DNA from: Oopsacas minuta
Taxonomy: Eukaryota > Animalia > Porifera
Direction: 5' to 3'
DNA: 64,000 nt
NCBI GenBank assembly: GCA_024704765.1
Contig: JAKMXF010000055.1
Span: 757,400 to 821,399 of the forward strand
Shown here: positions 1-13,500 of the stretch, in pieces
Layout: the number at the start of each line of letters is the position of its first letter
Position numbering within the stretch: position 1 is the first letter of the stretch
Made by a program: the position numbers and the translations under genes
The notes under the pieces: model-generated
Told to the model about the DNA's origin: nothing
What the model saw: the letters and a program-made list of their open reading frames with translations, nothing else
Databases searched by the model: none

Positions 1-383
1 TGAATAACCAAAATTTATGCATAAAACTATCGATCGATACTATTAAGTACACTTCATGTTTAATCACAGAAAATTTCTAAGAGGTGATATGGATCAACCA
101 ATTTGGACTAGCTTATAACTATATGCTATGTCACTTTGTTCTTGTATGTCTGTTATAGTGAACAGGAGTTCTCAGTGAGTAGGAATGGGATAATCTAAAT
201 CTCAACTAGATATATTTAGTAAAATGTGCATTTAATAGACAATGCAATATTATGTATTTAACCTAAACATAGGAAACTTGGATAAATAGGGTGATATAAA
301 TTAAAAGAATACAATTTGGAAATATAGTAAACATTCGCACAATAATACCATTTTGAATCAGTAAGAAATTGTGCAAAACTTAC

Positions 384-1035
384 AAGAAGATATTAGATCG
401 CCAGGGGCGTCAGGTAATATCTTACTTAAATGTAGAAGATGGTCGATTTGTGCAAAGTTAGACTCAGCCTGCCAAACGGCGTCGGGAATAGTCAACTCGA
501 TGGACTTTGAAAATTACTGAAAATGGAAAGTGGCAGGCCTTCGTTGTTAGTGAAGGAAACCTCACCAATATATTGAAGTGATTACTCAAACGATATGAAA
601 CATTATACAAATTGTGAAAATCAACACAAAAACTCATTTAGAGCCAACAGAAGATGTTTGCAAAAATGGCACATAGGGACAACTGTTATGGTTGCTTCGG
701 AAGTTGAGTTCAAAATCTTTGAGAGCTGTAATATATACTTTTATAGAAACTTTGGTGTCTAAATCCTATTATAAGGAATTTGTTCCAAATTTACAGAGAA
801 TTATGAATATTCCCCAACAAAGTGATAACCAGCTGGCTACACAACTGATTGCATTACGCTATATTCAACATCAGTGAGTGAATTTTGTAAATCATAAATT
901 TTAAGATGTTCGGGTTGAATAAACATTGTCTCCACGCCCACCACTCCATAGAAAGATAATGGAAGTGAGAAGAACTCAACATTAATATTTTGTGATTAAG
1001 ACTTTCCAACAACATATTAAGAATTGAATTCAAAA
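384..1035 (-). CDS. HTT: Cluster of probable small HTT exons, structure unresolved
   Basis: Short colinear matches in the expected order: KILMLSSSHFHYLSM~MILTLLSSAWFPLDL; QLVITLLGNI~QDALILAGNL; VVPMCHFCKHLLLALNEF~LVPMVEQLFSHLLKVINI; FAQIDHLLHLSKIL~FYHLPSYLKLHDVL, ending at T|gtaagt (384). I could not make all junction phases consistent. Confidence 0.38.
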
Positions 1036-1207
1036 CTTATATTCTGAGGGAATAGACAAAAAACAAAAAATAGGCGGGGAGAAGAGTTATACAAATATAC
1101 CTCAGTTCAATAAAAATGAATTACATAACGAATATTGGTAGACTAAAAATGCACTTCAATCATTGAAATACAAAAGAAATAGATACATGCATGATTACAA
1201 TATAAAC

Positions 1208-1559
1208 CAACCAAATTTCGAAACAATAGATTCCATTGTAGAGGAAATTCTAGTGGTTTGTAATGTTTAGCAACTTGGGAAAGTACTTGAGTAGCTGTTA
1301 TAAAATGAGTTTTAGATTCATGATTTACAATTCCATTAGACAATATAGTAATAACTACCCCCAAAGAAGTTTGGAATAAATTTATTTGATTATAAGGCAG
1401 AAAGGTAAAGGAAGTATCATTTGAAGAAATAGGTGCGAAAGAGTCTTTTCTAGCATCTAACGAACTAAGAACAGAGAGTACAAGTTGTTGAATTGATTCT
1501 CTGACTTTTGGTTCCTTGTCATTCAATAAAAAAGGAATAACATGGGAAAACAAAGTATC
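1208..1559 (-). CDS. HTT: HTT exon following the 25.1-kb intron (3' boundary uncertain, about 1200-1212)
   Basis: Acceptor ttttctatccag|GAT is phase 0 and matches the 26649 donor, giving SLQ|DTLFSHVIPFLLNDKEPKVRE ~ human [23 protein letters not shown]. The later LGVVITILSNGIV...QWN resembles LSRVIAAVSHELI...GWH. Confidence 0.85.
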
Positions 1560-4500
1560 CTGGATAGAAAATGGCTAGAAAGAACAAAACATAAATGCAA
1601 ATAATGAACAACTAAAATACCATTAGAAGTTTCTCATTAAGGTGTGTAGATACTGACGGGATCTTGGCTAAAATTGTGTTCGGCATTAGCGATACTGATC
1701 CATAATTCAAAAAACGATAGCAACTAAGGTTTTAATCATCTAATTGATGTATCTCCCAAATTACAGTTGAATATTTTGCATTACTAAAGATGAACATTTC
1801 AATAAGCAAAGTGAAAATTGACACATATTAATAGTAGAAAGGGAATGCAACTTTTTACAATGTGCTATAACCATATAATTGATGAGATAAATAGATAATG
1901 AAAAACGTCATTGAGGATTTTTCGGAATCTTGGGTATATAAACGGAATAAATCACTTTTCGCGCACTTTTCAGGGTCTAAACTAAAATATTTTAAATGAA
2001 TTATCAAAATTTACAGATCAAAACCATTGAGAGCTCACGTCACAAACTCCACAACAAGTTTATGCATCAACTATCTTGTCGAAGGCGAAAAAATTCTTGT
2101 AATATCCATTAAGTTTATATGGTAGTAGATTAGAAACTCAAGAAATATGATTGAGTTCAAATATACACATGACACTTAATTATACAAATTTCAGTAAGCT
2201 TAGGTCCAAATCTTTCCTTCCTTCTAAGTTACAATCGCTAAATATATAACCATGAAACTAGTTAAACTCTAAGTTTGATGAAAAGCTGAATTCAACCAGA
2301 TAATCGCATAAAAGATCTTAGATTCTAAAAATCAAGCTGATTTCGAACTAAATACACACTGATTCAGTAAGTGCAATCCGGATTACTTAAAACATCCGAA
2401 ATATATCACAGATGATCTCATGGTGGATTGAACACACTTGGCATCATTATGCTTTGTTATAAAAAGATTAATACTAGTCAAAGGTAAATTCTAAAGTCTA
2501 TAAACATCAAAAGGTCTAAATTCCACTAAATATCGATTAAATCTCATAAATCTTCGTTTGCATAGTTTCATAAAACCTGATAATAACATGTCCAATCAAA
2601 TACTAATAAACAATGATAAACATCAGGCTTATGCAGTTTAAGTAGGAATGGGATCAAAAAAGATCACTGATATAAGTGCTTACTGAGAACAAAGAACATA
2701 TCATATCGAAACGTGATATACGAAGCAATTAGGATTACGCGCACATCAGGATCAATCATACGTGACCGTATCCGAATTTTGAGCCTGAATCGGACTCTTT
2801 AGAGCCTTGGACGAAAATTCACACCTATGACGAAATAATGACGTCATTTGTAACCTATTTGGACCCATAATATGCTAAATATCCTGAGAAATCACTTTAA
2901 ACAATCAAAATTCTTCATGAAAGTATTAAGCAATCATGACAGTACAAAAATTTGATTATGTACAAATTAGAATATTAATAAAGGGCTAATAAATTTTAAA
3001 ATATTCTTGAAACCGAAGCAACTGAATAGTTCGATATTTGGTACGATCTAAAAATATTTGGCGATAGCATATGTACATATGTAGATATTAAGTTACTAAG
3101 TGAATTCATTATTCTGTTAGATCAACTGGATAGTACCTTAAATCGAACAAGTATTCGGTAATACAGCAATTAATATATAGTTTCCTGAATCTTTTTGAAT
3201 TCTTAACACTTCAAAAATCAAATCTTATGTAGAATGAGGTCTAAAATATGTTGATTTTGAACGATTTAAGTGCTGAAAAAAAATTACTTGCATTCCATTG
3301 TACAACTATTCTTTTTTATAGAATTGTATAAGCATATAAATTCGAATTAAATATCCAGTATTAAAAAATATAGAAATGATAAACATGAAATCAAGATCCA
3401 ATATCAAAAAAATTAAGTTCCAATGTTTTGAAAATTATTGCCGGCCATGGCCTTCATTGTAACTTCGGAGGAAGGGAATAGAACTGAATTATGTTGCGGT
3501 CTCAGGGTAGGAGCAAATCTGTCAGAATTGAGGAACACGTAATGCTCAAGGAAATGCAGAATGTAATCTAGTAAAGTTTGGCATATTTCCATTGAAACAC
3601 ATTATAAGAGCCTATCTCAGGATATTGGAAAGAATACCATTAAAATTTCATGATATAAATCCATGTCGGATATAATGAGTCAACCTGGATAATCTGATCA
3701 TATAGTCAGAAACAAACAACACAAATAATGTCAACTGACTATGCTTAATCGGATAAAACCGTTTGGTCCAGATATGATACTATTGAGCGGAGTCAATTAT
3801 GCACACATGATATAAATCAGTGGTTCTCAAACTGGGTGCCGGGATGGGGTTTCAAGGGGGCTGCGGAACGGTTATGGAAAGTGATTTACGAAAAACTTTT
3901 TTAGAGCGTTAAATCAACAATCATACTATGTTGAGAATAGGCAGAACATCAATTGATATTTTTTAAATAGATTGTACATTTGCTAATGGGAGAGCTACAT
4001 TTATCCTACTGAAGTATGCATTTGTCCGAATTTTGAAGTATGCATTGCCTGACAGAAGTAAGCATTGTTAGTCATATAATATTTTGTCGCTAATAATTGA
4101 TAAGTAACATATACTCAAGGTATCTTCAGTATACCAGAAATATATGTCGATTCAGTATTTCATCTCACATTGCTCTCAGGATGAACTATTTCTCGTATAA
4201 GTGATTATTCCTGTTGAAAATTGAGAAATGGGATTTTTTCGTATTTTTCCTGGGGGAATTGACTTCCCGTCCCAATGTTGTAAATATCGCCCTGATTAAG
4301 GAGATCTTCATCACCACAAATCACAGGATAGGATTTACTGTTATTACGTTCTAGTATTCTTGTCGTGCAAGTTTTGGCTTTTATTCTCACTTAATACTGA
4401 GCCAAAGGCTTTTACCTGTTACTAGTTCGTTCCTGTTTCCTTCATTCAGGCCTTACTTTAGTCGGACAAATACATACTCCAGTCGGCCTGATGTTTCTAC

Positions 4501-7500
4501 AAAATTTGGACAATTGCTTGCGTCCCTTTCTAATATCGATTATTAATTTAGTCATTAATTCCGTATCGTTGAAAAGAAATTTATGGCCAAACGACAGCAA
4601 AGACAATTGGATACTTACCTAACTAAGGGTAATAGACTCTATACAGATTGTTAAGACAATTCGGGTTCGGATGAAGATGAGTTTATTCATAACACTCATA
4701 TAATACAATAATAACAAATTATATTTACTCAAATTCGACCAAAATGCAGGGATCCGTGGAATTGTGATGAAGAAATTTGAGGCCACGACATAGAAAAGTT
4801 TGAGAAGCTCGGGTCTAAATACTATATATGCTGAATACTAAATAGATGTGTTAGCTTCCTAAACAATTCTTCTCAGTATTCTTGTGATATACTCAAAGGA
4901 GAAGTTTCCATCAAATTAAGAAGCACTGAGTTAATCGGTTAAAACTTGTTAAAGTCGGTTGGTAGATAAGTTACACAGCCCTGAGGAAAAAAAAAATTAT
5001 TTGCTGATTGTTATTGCAAAACATTTTCTAATCCACATTTTAATACTGATTTTGAATAATTTTGTAAAATATACGTATCACGTCTAGTTTTTTTGCAAAA
5101 TTATTTTCAAATATTGGTATATTTATCGATGAATGCATGATACCTCACAAGTAAAATAGTGAAAATCTGCCATTTATAAAATTTTACTAAGAATTACAAT
5201 AAAATTTTTATTGATAATATAATCTTAGTTAATAAATAATTTGAATATATTAGTCTGAATCAGGAGTAAATTTCCGTTTTTTGACATTCTAGCATGAATA
5301 ACATCAATACAATCTCTCTTGAGGCACCAGCAGTAATCAGCCATCATATGAACGTCCCACCTCCCGTGATATCGTGTTTCCATTGTTTTATGTCTTGGTG
5401 GAATCGTTCACCTTGCTCCTCGGAAACAGCTCCAAGATTCTCTGGAAAATAGTCAATATGACTGTGAAGAAAGTGAACTTTTACACTCATATTGCAGCCG
5501 AGATTCTTGTAAGATTCAATCAACTCATTCACAAGTATTTTATAATTAGGAGATTTCGTATTTCCCAAGAAATTTTTCATGACATCTACAAATGCATTCC
5601 ATGCACATTTTTCTTTGCATATCATAGAATTTGAAAAATTATCATCTCGAACATGTTGTCTTATCTGAGGACCGTCGAATATACCGGCTTTTCTTTTTTC
5701 ATCACTTAGGTAGTAAAATTTCTCGGTAATATATTTGAAACAATTTCCTTCTTTATCTAATGCCCTTACAAACTGTTTCATCAATCCTAATTTTATATTA
5801 AGTGGTGGAAGCAAACTCTTGAGAGGATCCACTAGAGGCTCGTGAATAATGTTCTTATCTCCAACATTAAGATTGGTTCTAGCTGGCCAGCTCTTTCTAG
5901 AATAGTGTTCGCTCTTTGCACGACAGTCCCATAAGCATAAAAACAAGGGTATTTTGTATATCCTGATTGCTGTCCCAAAAGAATGCATATGATTTTTAAG
6001 TCACCACAGATTACCCAATTGTGCAGGTTATAATTAATTTTATGAAGCACAATTTTCATGTTATCATATCGTTCCTTTAAACTTACTGAATGTCCAATTG
6101 GTATGGAACTAAATTTGTTGCCATTATGAAGTAGAACACATTTCAAACTTCGTTTTGAACTATCAATAAAGAGTCTCCAATCATTAGGTACATACAGACA
6201 TCCAAGAGCATTAACTAGCGGTGAAACATCATGACAAAACACAAATCCGTCTTCTATTATGAAATATTTCAAAAATTCGATCTCTCTGTCCCTATATGAG
6301 TAAAATTTTGTTTATGGGAGAAGCAAGTTTTTTTCTTTTAGCCTAGAACCTAACAACTCCGCAGATTCTTTAGGTAAATCTAAATCACGTACCAAATCAT
6401 TTAATTCAGACTGATTAAATAACTGTGGAGAATTAGAACGAGATAATACACACGGAATAAAATACTCATCTTCTCTAATTAATGATTCTCAAGTTTCACA
6501 ATCATCAATTTCCGAGATAACACCCAAATTAGTAAATTTTGGAACAGGTACATCAATAGAATGGGGAACGGGTCGTATTGCTGAATGTAAATTTGGATAC
6601 TTGATCAATGACTTGGTTTTAGCATTGAATCCGGAAATATTCGCCATACAAAAGTAACAATCGCTAATGTGATTTTGTGGCTCTCTCCATATCATTGGAA
6701 TTCCAAAACTTAACTCTTTCTGATTCCTTTTGTCCATTGTCTCAAATTTTCTACACAAGATCGGCACACTGTATGTGGAGCCCATGTTTTGTCTTGATCA
6801 CCTAATCTCATTCCAAAATATTCTAAATATACTTTTTTAACAAATCCTGTTATTGCCGTAGTTTGTTTAGAAGTCATAAAACTCCCACAAATATAACAAA
6901 AGACGTATGGATCATTACTGCACCTTCTCCGATAAGCCATATGATAATAAAATATCAAAATAGTAGACTATAGTACAATAAAGCTGTATATAACAAAATA
7001 AAAATAAAAATATTATGTAGAAAAGAATGGAGTTAAAGGGACTAATTAGAAAATGCAATAAAGCACGCATCTGTTTATTTCAAAAGACAAAAATTCACAC
7101 ATGTATCAAATATAATCATTCATTCTAGGGAAGTGTACTTAAAAAATCGACTTACATTAAAATGACATTTGAGTAAAAACGAGACGTGATAGGGGAATTC
7201 TGATGACAGATTGAGAATCAGCATACTCAAGTTAACTAAAAACAATCCATGGATAATAATCAGCAAATTTGACGCAGGGCAGTGTTATCTATGGTGCATA
7301 TGGTGCTGTATTGATAAAATAATCCAAATACCGTTTTTCTGGAATTCTTTGCACAATCACGAAGACGTAATAATGCCATGATGAGTATTTCGCAAAAATG
7401 ATTACATCAGGCCATTGTGTATGATGAGGGGTAATCATAATCCATTTTGGACACTATAACATCTATATTGCCTGAGAAGTGCCTCATAATGTGATATCTC

Positions 7501-10500
7501 AAAAAGTGACAATTGGTAATAATTTCGTCATAGTTGTGAAACAGAGTGGACCATGGGTCGATGGGTCATGGGTCACGGCTCCGTGACCCATGACCCATGT
7601 GGAATTTTTATGGATTATTCAGTTTGCAAATCACTCATAATTATTGCGATATTTTCAAAAAATACTTAAGACATGCCAACAGATTATCCATGGTTTATTA
7701 TGTCCATTTAGTCGTATACTAATAGGCTTACGCATTATTTTGATATTGTATGTACTTAAAAATACTTCCATACCTTAGTTACTTACACACATATCTCACT
7801 ATTCTATTGCCAAGTTTCAAATATATTTAGTAATTATGAATAAAGTTCACGGGACTTATCTACAATGAGTTTATATATATACATTATTCAATTAGTTAAT
7901 ATATTTCAGTTAGATGTCATGGTCTGCATCTTCTCTACGCGACGCTATTCGCAGGAATGAAGTTACATTAAAAGAGAATTTGGATAAATCGGTCAAGTCC
8001 GAATGTTGGAAATCTTTTCGAATTCTGGAGCAAAGTGATGGTAGCGAAATATTTGGCTGGTGTTGTTGTAACCGATGTTACTGTTGTATCCAATACAAAG
8101 CTGTAAAGGACGATTCAGTCAAATTATTTGGAACGAAGAATATGATTGACCACATGAGAACTTGCGTTTCGTTGTCTAACTCGTTACAGCCAACCTTAAA
8201 GTCTTACCTAAAACCGGTTCACCACAAATTTCCCAATGTTGAAGGTAAAGCAATCAAAGATGCAGAGGTTAAGATGGTAGTACAGGGTGGGACATCTTTC
8301 ATTTTGTGGAAAATGTCGGTCTTCGTGAATTTGCCCAATTAATGGTCCAGATGGGCAGTAAATATGGTAATATTGATGTTGCTGATCTCCTCTATAGTCG
8401 CCAAACTATTCAACGTTCTACCTTTTTGAAAATGAAGGAATGTCAGGAACTAATTCGATGTAAAGTTGCTCAGTATGGTCAGCAAAAATGTGTCTCATTT
8501 ACTACAGACCTTACTACAGACGATGTAAATAAGAACAGTTTTATGGACTTTACAGTCTTCTGGATCACTGAGGACTACGAATTATGTCACGCTATGTATA
8601 AGTGTGAATACTTTGAGCAACGGCATACCGGATACAATATTAAACAAGCTATTGACTCCATTTTATCCGAATTGAACCTTGATATTTATGACACCCCATG
8701 TACAACCGATAAGGGTTCAAACATTATAGCAGCTACAACTGATAAAACCCATGTAGATTGTCTTTGTCACAGATTAAATACTGTCATAGATTCAGCTTGG
8801 AAGGAAATTCTTCAACAGAACGAAGAGTTAATGTATCTTGATCAATTTTGTCATGAATTGGTAAGGTTTGTCAACCACTCTTCAGGAATACAGAGTAACC
8901 TTCCTTCTACTCTGAAGCACGGAGGATTGACTCGACCTTGGAGAAGCTTATCAAACATGTTCGTCTCAATTTTGAAAAGTCGTGAAGCGTTATTGTTTGA
9001 ATTACGCAACCGGAAAAGGGAACATCTTATTTCGCGTATAAATATTGATTTACTGCGTGATGTGGTAGACTTTTTGGAGCCTTTATCTACTTTCTTTGAT
9101 ATGCTTGAATTTGCCAATGTGCCGACTCTTCAAAATGGCTTGCCAGTATATTACACACTTTATGAGACATGGAAACCTAATGATTCAGATAATACGATCA
9201 TTACGACTTTAAAGTCCAAGTTCCTAAAGTTTCTAACTGAAAAATTTTGGTCAAGTTTGGGAATGTTGCACTTTGTGGCTACTTATTTAGATCCTTCTTT
9301 GAGATATTTTGCCTTTGTGACATCTGTAGCGGATAGGAATTTATTTCTAGTTCAAGTGTTAGAAAGTATACACGTTTTGTCAGAAGATATAACACTAGAT
9401 GATATAGGTTGTGCTAGTAAAGATGTTACAAATGAACCTGAAACTGAATGTATGGGCGAAGCTACTCCTACATAAAAGAAGAAGACAAATCCATTTAGTT
9501 GGTTCTACAGTATTGAGATGGCCTCCCAAAAATCTACCGATGGAATGCAATGTTCTGAATCATTAAGAGGAACAATTGAAACCGAACTGTTTCAGTATAA
9601 TTTAGAAAAAGCGCCACAACCTCGAGTCGGGTACAATCCACTCGAGTGGTGGGAAGAAAAACAGATACTTTATCATAACCTTGCTCAGTTGGCGAAAAGA
9701 GTTTTTGTAATACCCGCTTCGTCGGCAGAAAGTGAACGTCATTATAGTGCATTTAATGCTAGAAACATAATTACGCCAATGAGAAACCACCTGAACCCAG
9801 AAACTGTATAGGCAATTTCTGTAGTGTTAGATGGGTACAATAATAGTTTAATTGATTAGCATCATTTAATTATGGTTGTTACTAGTATAGACTGAGTTTC
9901 GTGTGTGTTGTTACTACTATCTGATTAGATTTTTAGAAATTGAGTCACATAATGAGTCAATGGGTCAGTTGATGGGTCAATGGGTCGGATGGGTCCTGGG
10001 TCAATGGGTCAATGGGTCATGAGTCTCGGATACGATGGGTCAGATGGGTCATGGGTCACCAATGGTGACCCATGGTCCACCCTGTTGTGAAATTCTATCT
10101 AAGACTTAAACATGTCCGAGACATGCACCAAATACCGTTGTATATTTAAAATAATCCCTGGAGTTCTTCCAGTTACTTCAATCGATTCTGAACATACAAA
10201 CATAAATACAGTATATTAATCACATTTATAGCAAAGAATATGTGTTCTTCTATACAAATATAGCACAAAAATTGATCATTCAAGAAAATTTGTATTAGCC
10301 CACTTAAAGAAGTAAAGTTCAACTTTCTGAGGAACAGTCATCTCTAAAGTATACCTCCTACCCTACTCGCTGCACATAGAGGTTAGGTTCTATGAAATAT
10401 ATGAAGGAGGACCAAAATATTCATGGATGTTTTTCAGCATATTGGTTCAAATCCAAGCTCCAAGGATTTTGTCTTGGCTCCCCCTTTGGCCGGAGTTTAA

Positions 10501-13500
10501 AATCGTTGATAATCTACCGTGTGCGTCAGCAGAACTTCGGTATAAACCAGTGGAAATCAAAGGTTAACGATGGTACCAAAGACGCGCGGAATGACAACAA
10601 TCATCTCAAAACATTTATAAGAATTTCAAAATTTTCACAATTCTTTGACATACCACTTGATCTGATCTTGGCAATTAAGATTTATGGGTTTAACTATTGG
10701 TATATTCATATCTATTCAGATTATAGACACTAAAGCAGGTTTATTAAACTATCAAAAAAATAACTTAATGCCTAGATTCTATTCCGCAAACTTCTTTAGT
10801 TGAATATCTATTAAACTTGGGACAATTTTAGTGAATAGAAATTCTGTGGCACAACTATACTGAGTCGTTCTAATGGTCGATATATGAACCCTCAATTTTA
10901 TCGAATTAAATCAGAATACAATAGGCCGCTGAAGTGTGTCTTTCAAGACACGAAATGTTCGAACACAACGCAGCGATAGTAAGCCTGTGCTCGCTATCAG
11001 AATATATATGGGAAGCACACCAAAAATTCATAAAAATAATACCAGCAGATTTCGTCTATAAATAATTTTGTGCCTTTTAAGAACATAGGAACAAGAATAA
11101 ATTCCCAGTAGTGGCACTGCATGGTTAACCGAGTACTCAGGGCAGTTAACAAATAGTAGCGGTAAACCGTTTAGTAGTTGAAAAATCCAGCCTAGTATAC
11201 ATTAGCTATGTATTTGACTGAAAGTAGGAGATCAAAATTGCTTAAATACCATACAAGTTACAAGCAGAATTCTTGTATTACCATTTTGTACCTCTCATAA
11301 CCCCAAAAACAAATATTTCCCAGGAAAATAAACAGTCGTATATTCGTATTTGATTAAAGCATAGCCTAGTAACGATAAGGCCTGATCACTGAATCAATTT
11401 TCACTAGACTAGGGATAAGAAAGGTGAAAATATATTGATTAGAATTTCTATATTCGTTGATAATATGAAACTGGGAGAATTTTACTTGAATAAATGGATT
11501 ATTGAAATGCAAGAATTCACAAAAGACACATTTGTACATATTTGATGATCGAAGTGAAGTCATTTGTCGCCATAATTTCCAAATATGTATTCAAAACTGC
11601 ACCATCTTTGAAACTATTAAGAACTTTAATTATTAATCTATGTTCAAAATGTTGAAATACCAAATGATCTAAGACCTTCTCAGTACAAAATATACAAACG
11701 TTTTCACGATAAAGTTCCAATATTTCTGAGTCATCGCACAGACCATGGATATAACGTTTGTCAATATCTACTTTAGACTCGATAATTGTGGATATCATGG
11801 TTAAATCAAGATAGTCATTCTATATGATAGACATATCTTCCTATGCCTTTCTGATACATTTTAATATGATATCTCTCAAGATTACTGAGCAACCTCAAAA
11901 ATGGCCATATTTTCAGATAATCATGATTTTGTCAAATGGATAGGAGATTTCATATCAAAATTTATCACAGAGGTGTGGGAAGTCACGTGTATATTATATA
12001 CAAGGGCCCCACAGAACTTTCAGACACCCATGTTCAAACTTGTTGCAACCTTCTAGTATTTCAGAATTACTAACAAGAGAATATTCCAAGTAATGATAAT
12101 AAATTTTAGAATTTTCTCTTATGTATTTTCATATTCAAGCATATTATTCGGCTGACCCTTGATAAATTTGCTATTAGATATTGCAATTCGAACGAAGTGA
12201 TCTTCTTGGAATGATTTTTATGACTTTATGAGGGGTCTGAAAGGTTCGCAGTGAACAGTTCAAATGACGTTTTCGGCGATCAGTCCCCTTTTCGTGCAAC
12301 TGTTTTTAACCCGCTCGTAAAATCCAAAAGAGGTAGGGGGCCATTATTTCATGAGGAACGCACCATTCGCCAGGCAACTACAGTTACTGCTCAAATTCTG
12401 AACAAAGTAAAAGATTAATTCAAAGCGATCGAAATAATACTTTCGATCTGTCTGGATTTGAAATTACTGATAAACTACAGGTAGAAAACAATGCAATTAC
12501 CACCATCCTACACGAGGTTTTGGGCATCACCAAGGTTCCTGCTCTTTGGATTCCTCACAAGCCAACTAATGAGTAGGAGTGGTTGATCGATTGGTGCATT
12601 TGTATGCTAACTAAATTCAGAAGTGAAGATTCAAGAGAGGTTAGCAAGATAATTACTGGAGATTCGAGTTGGATCTAGCAATATGACCCAGAAACAAATA
12701 AGAATCACCAATTTGGTTCTTTCCAAGTGAGGGCCCATCAAAAAGTGAAGCATTCTCGAAGTTCCGGAAAAGAAATGATCGCCACTTATGATTTCAAGAG
12801 TGGGCATATTGCACAAATATCTTGTAGAACAGAAAACTGTACTGCTCATATTATTTTAACGTTGTTATGCCACAGTTCTCCGAAATTGGCCAATGTTTCA
12901 TCCAAGATTGAGGACATCTAAGATTTTTTGGCACCACGATAATGCGAGCTCACACAAAACAATCGCAAATCTGGATTTCTCCGCCGAAAACTGGATTCAG
13001 GTATTTCTTCATCCTGCCTATACTCAAGATTTGCCTCCTGTGATTTTTTGTTCCCAAAAGTTAAGAAACAATTGTGTGGAATATCTTTTGACACCCGAGA
13101 AGGAGTGACCGACTATAATTCTGTAAATTCATCCTTTCCAAAAGAAGATTGGAAAGAAAATTATAAATGGTTCTAAAGGATGAATCTTTGTCTACAATAT
13201 TTTGGAGATTACTTTGAGAATATCTGACGATTGTAAGCTAGTTGAATAAATATAAGTATGCGAGTCCAAAATTTTCGGTGGGCCCTAGTATAAGCTGTGC
13301 TAAAAAACCATAATCGAAACGATTATCAAGGTATAAAGAATAGTAACAAAACAAATGACATCCATGGTCTCTTGGATAACTCAGAAAATGCAACCTCCTC
13401 ATTAAAGTCTGCATATATTTTGTACATAAACAGTTTTAGAACACAGGGCTGGAATTGGTTAGCCGATTAACCGGTTAACCGCCGCTATATACTAGTTAAC

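Noticed and set aside
4608-4630. Minus-strand TTAG|GTAAGT as a recursive splice site in the 25-kb intron
   Set aside because: Weak polypyrimidine tract, located inside an old transposon; such matches are expected by chance. Needs nascent-RNA data.
384-9859. Stop-codon reassignment to explain in-frame TAA/TAG in HTT-like patches and transposases
   Set aside because: The well-supported HTT exons (over 1.3 kb) have no internal stops, and the transposons also carry frameshifts, so ordinary decay and splicing suffice.
9940-10084. ATGGGTC array as an independent satellite
   Set aside because: It is the subterminal region of the hAT element bounded by TIR and TSD.
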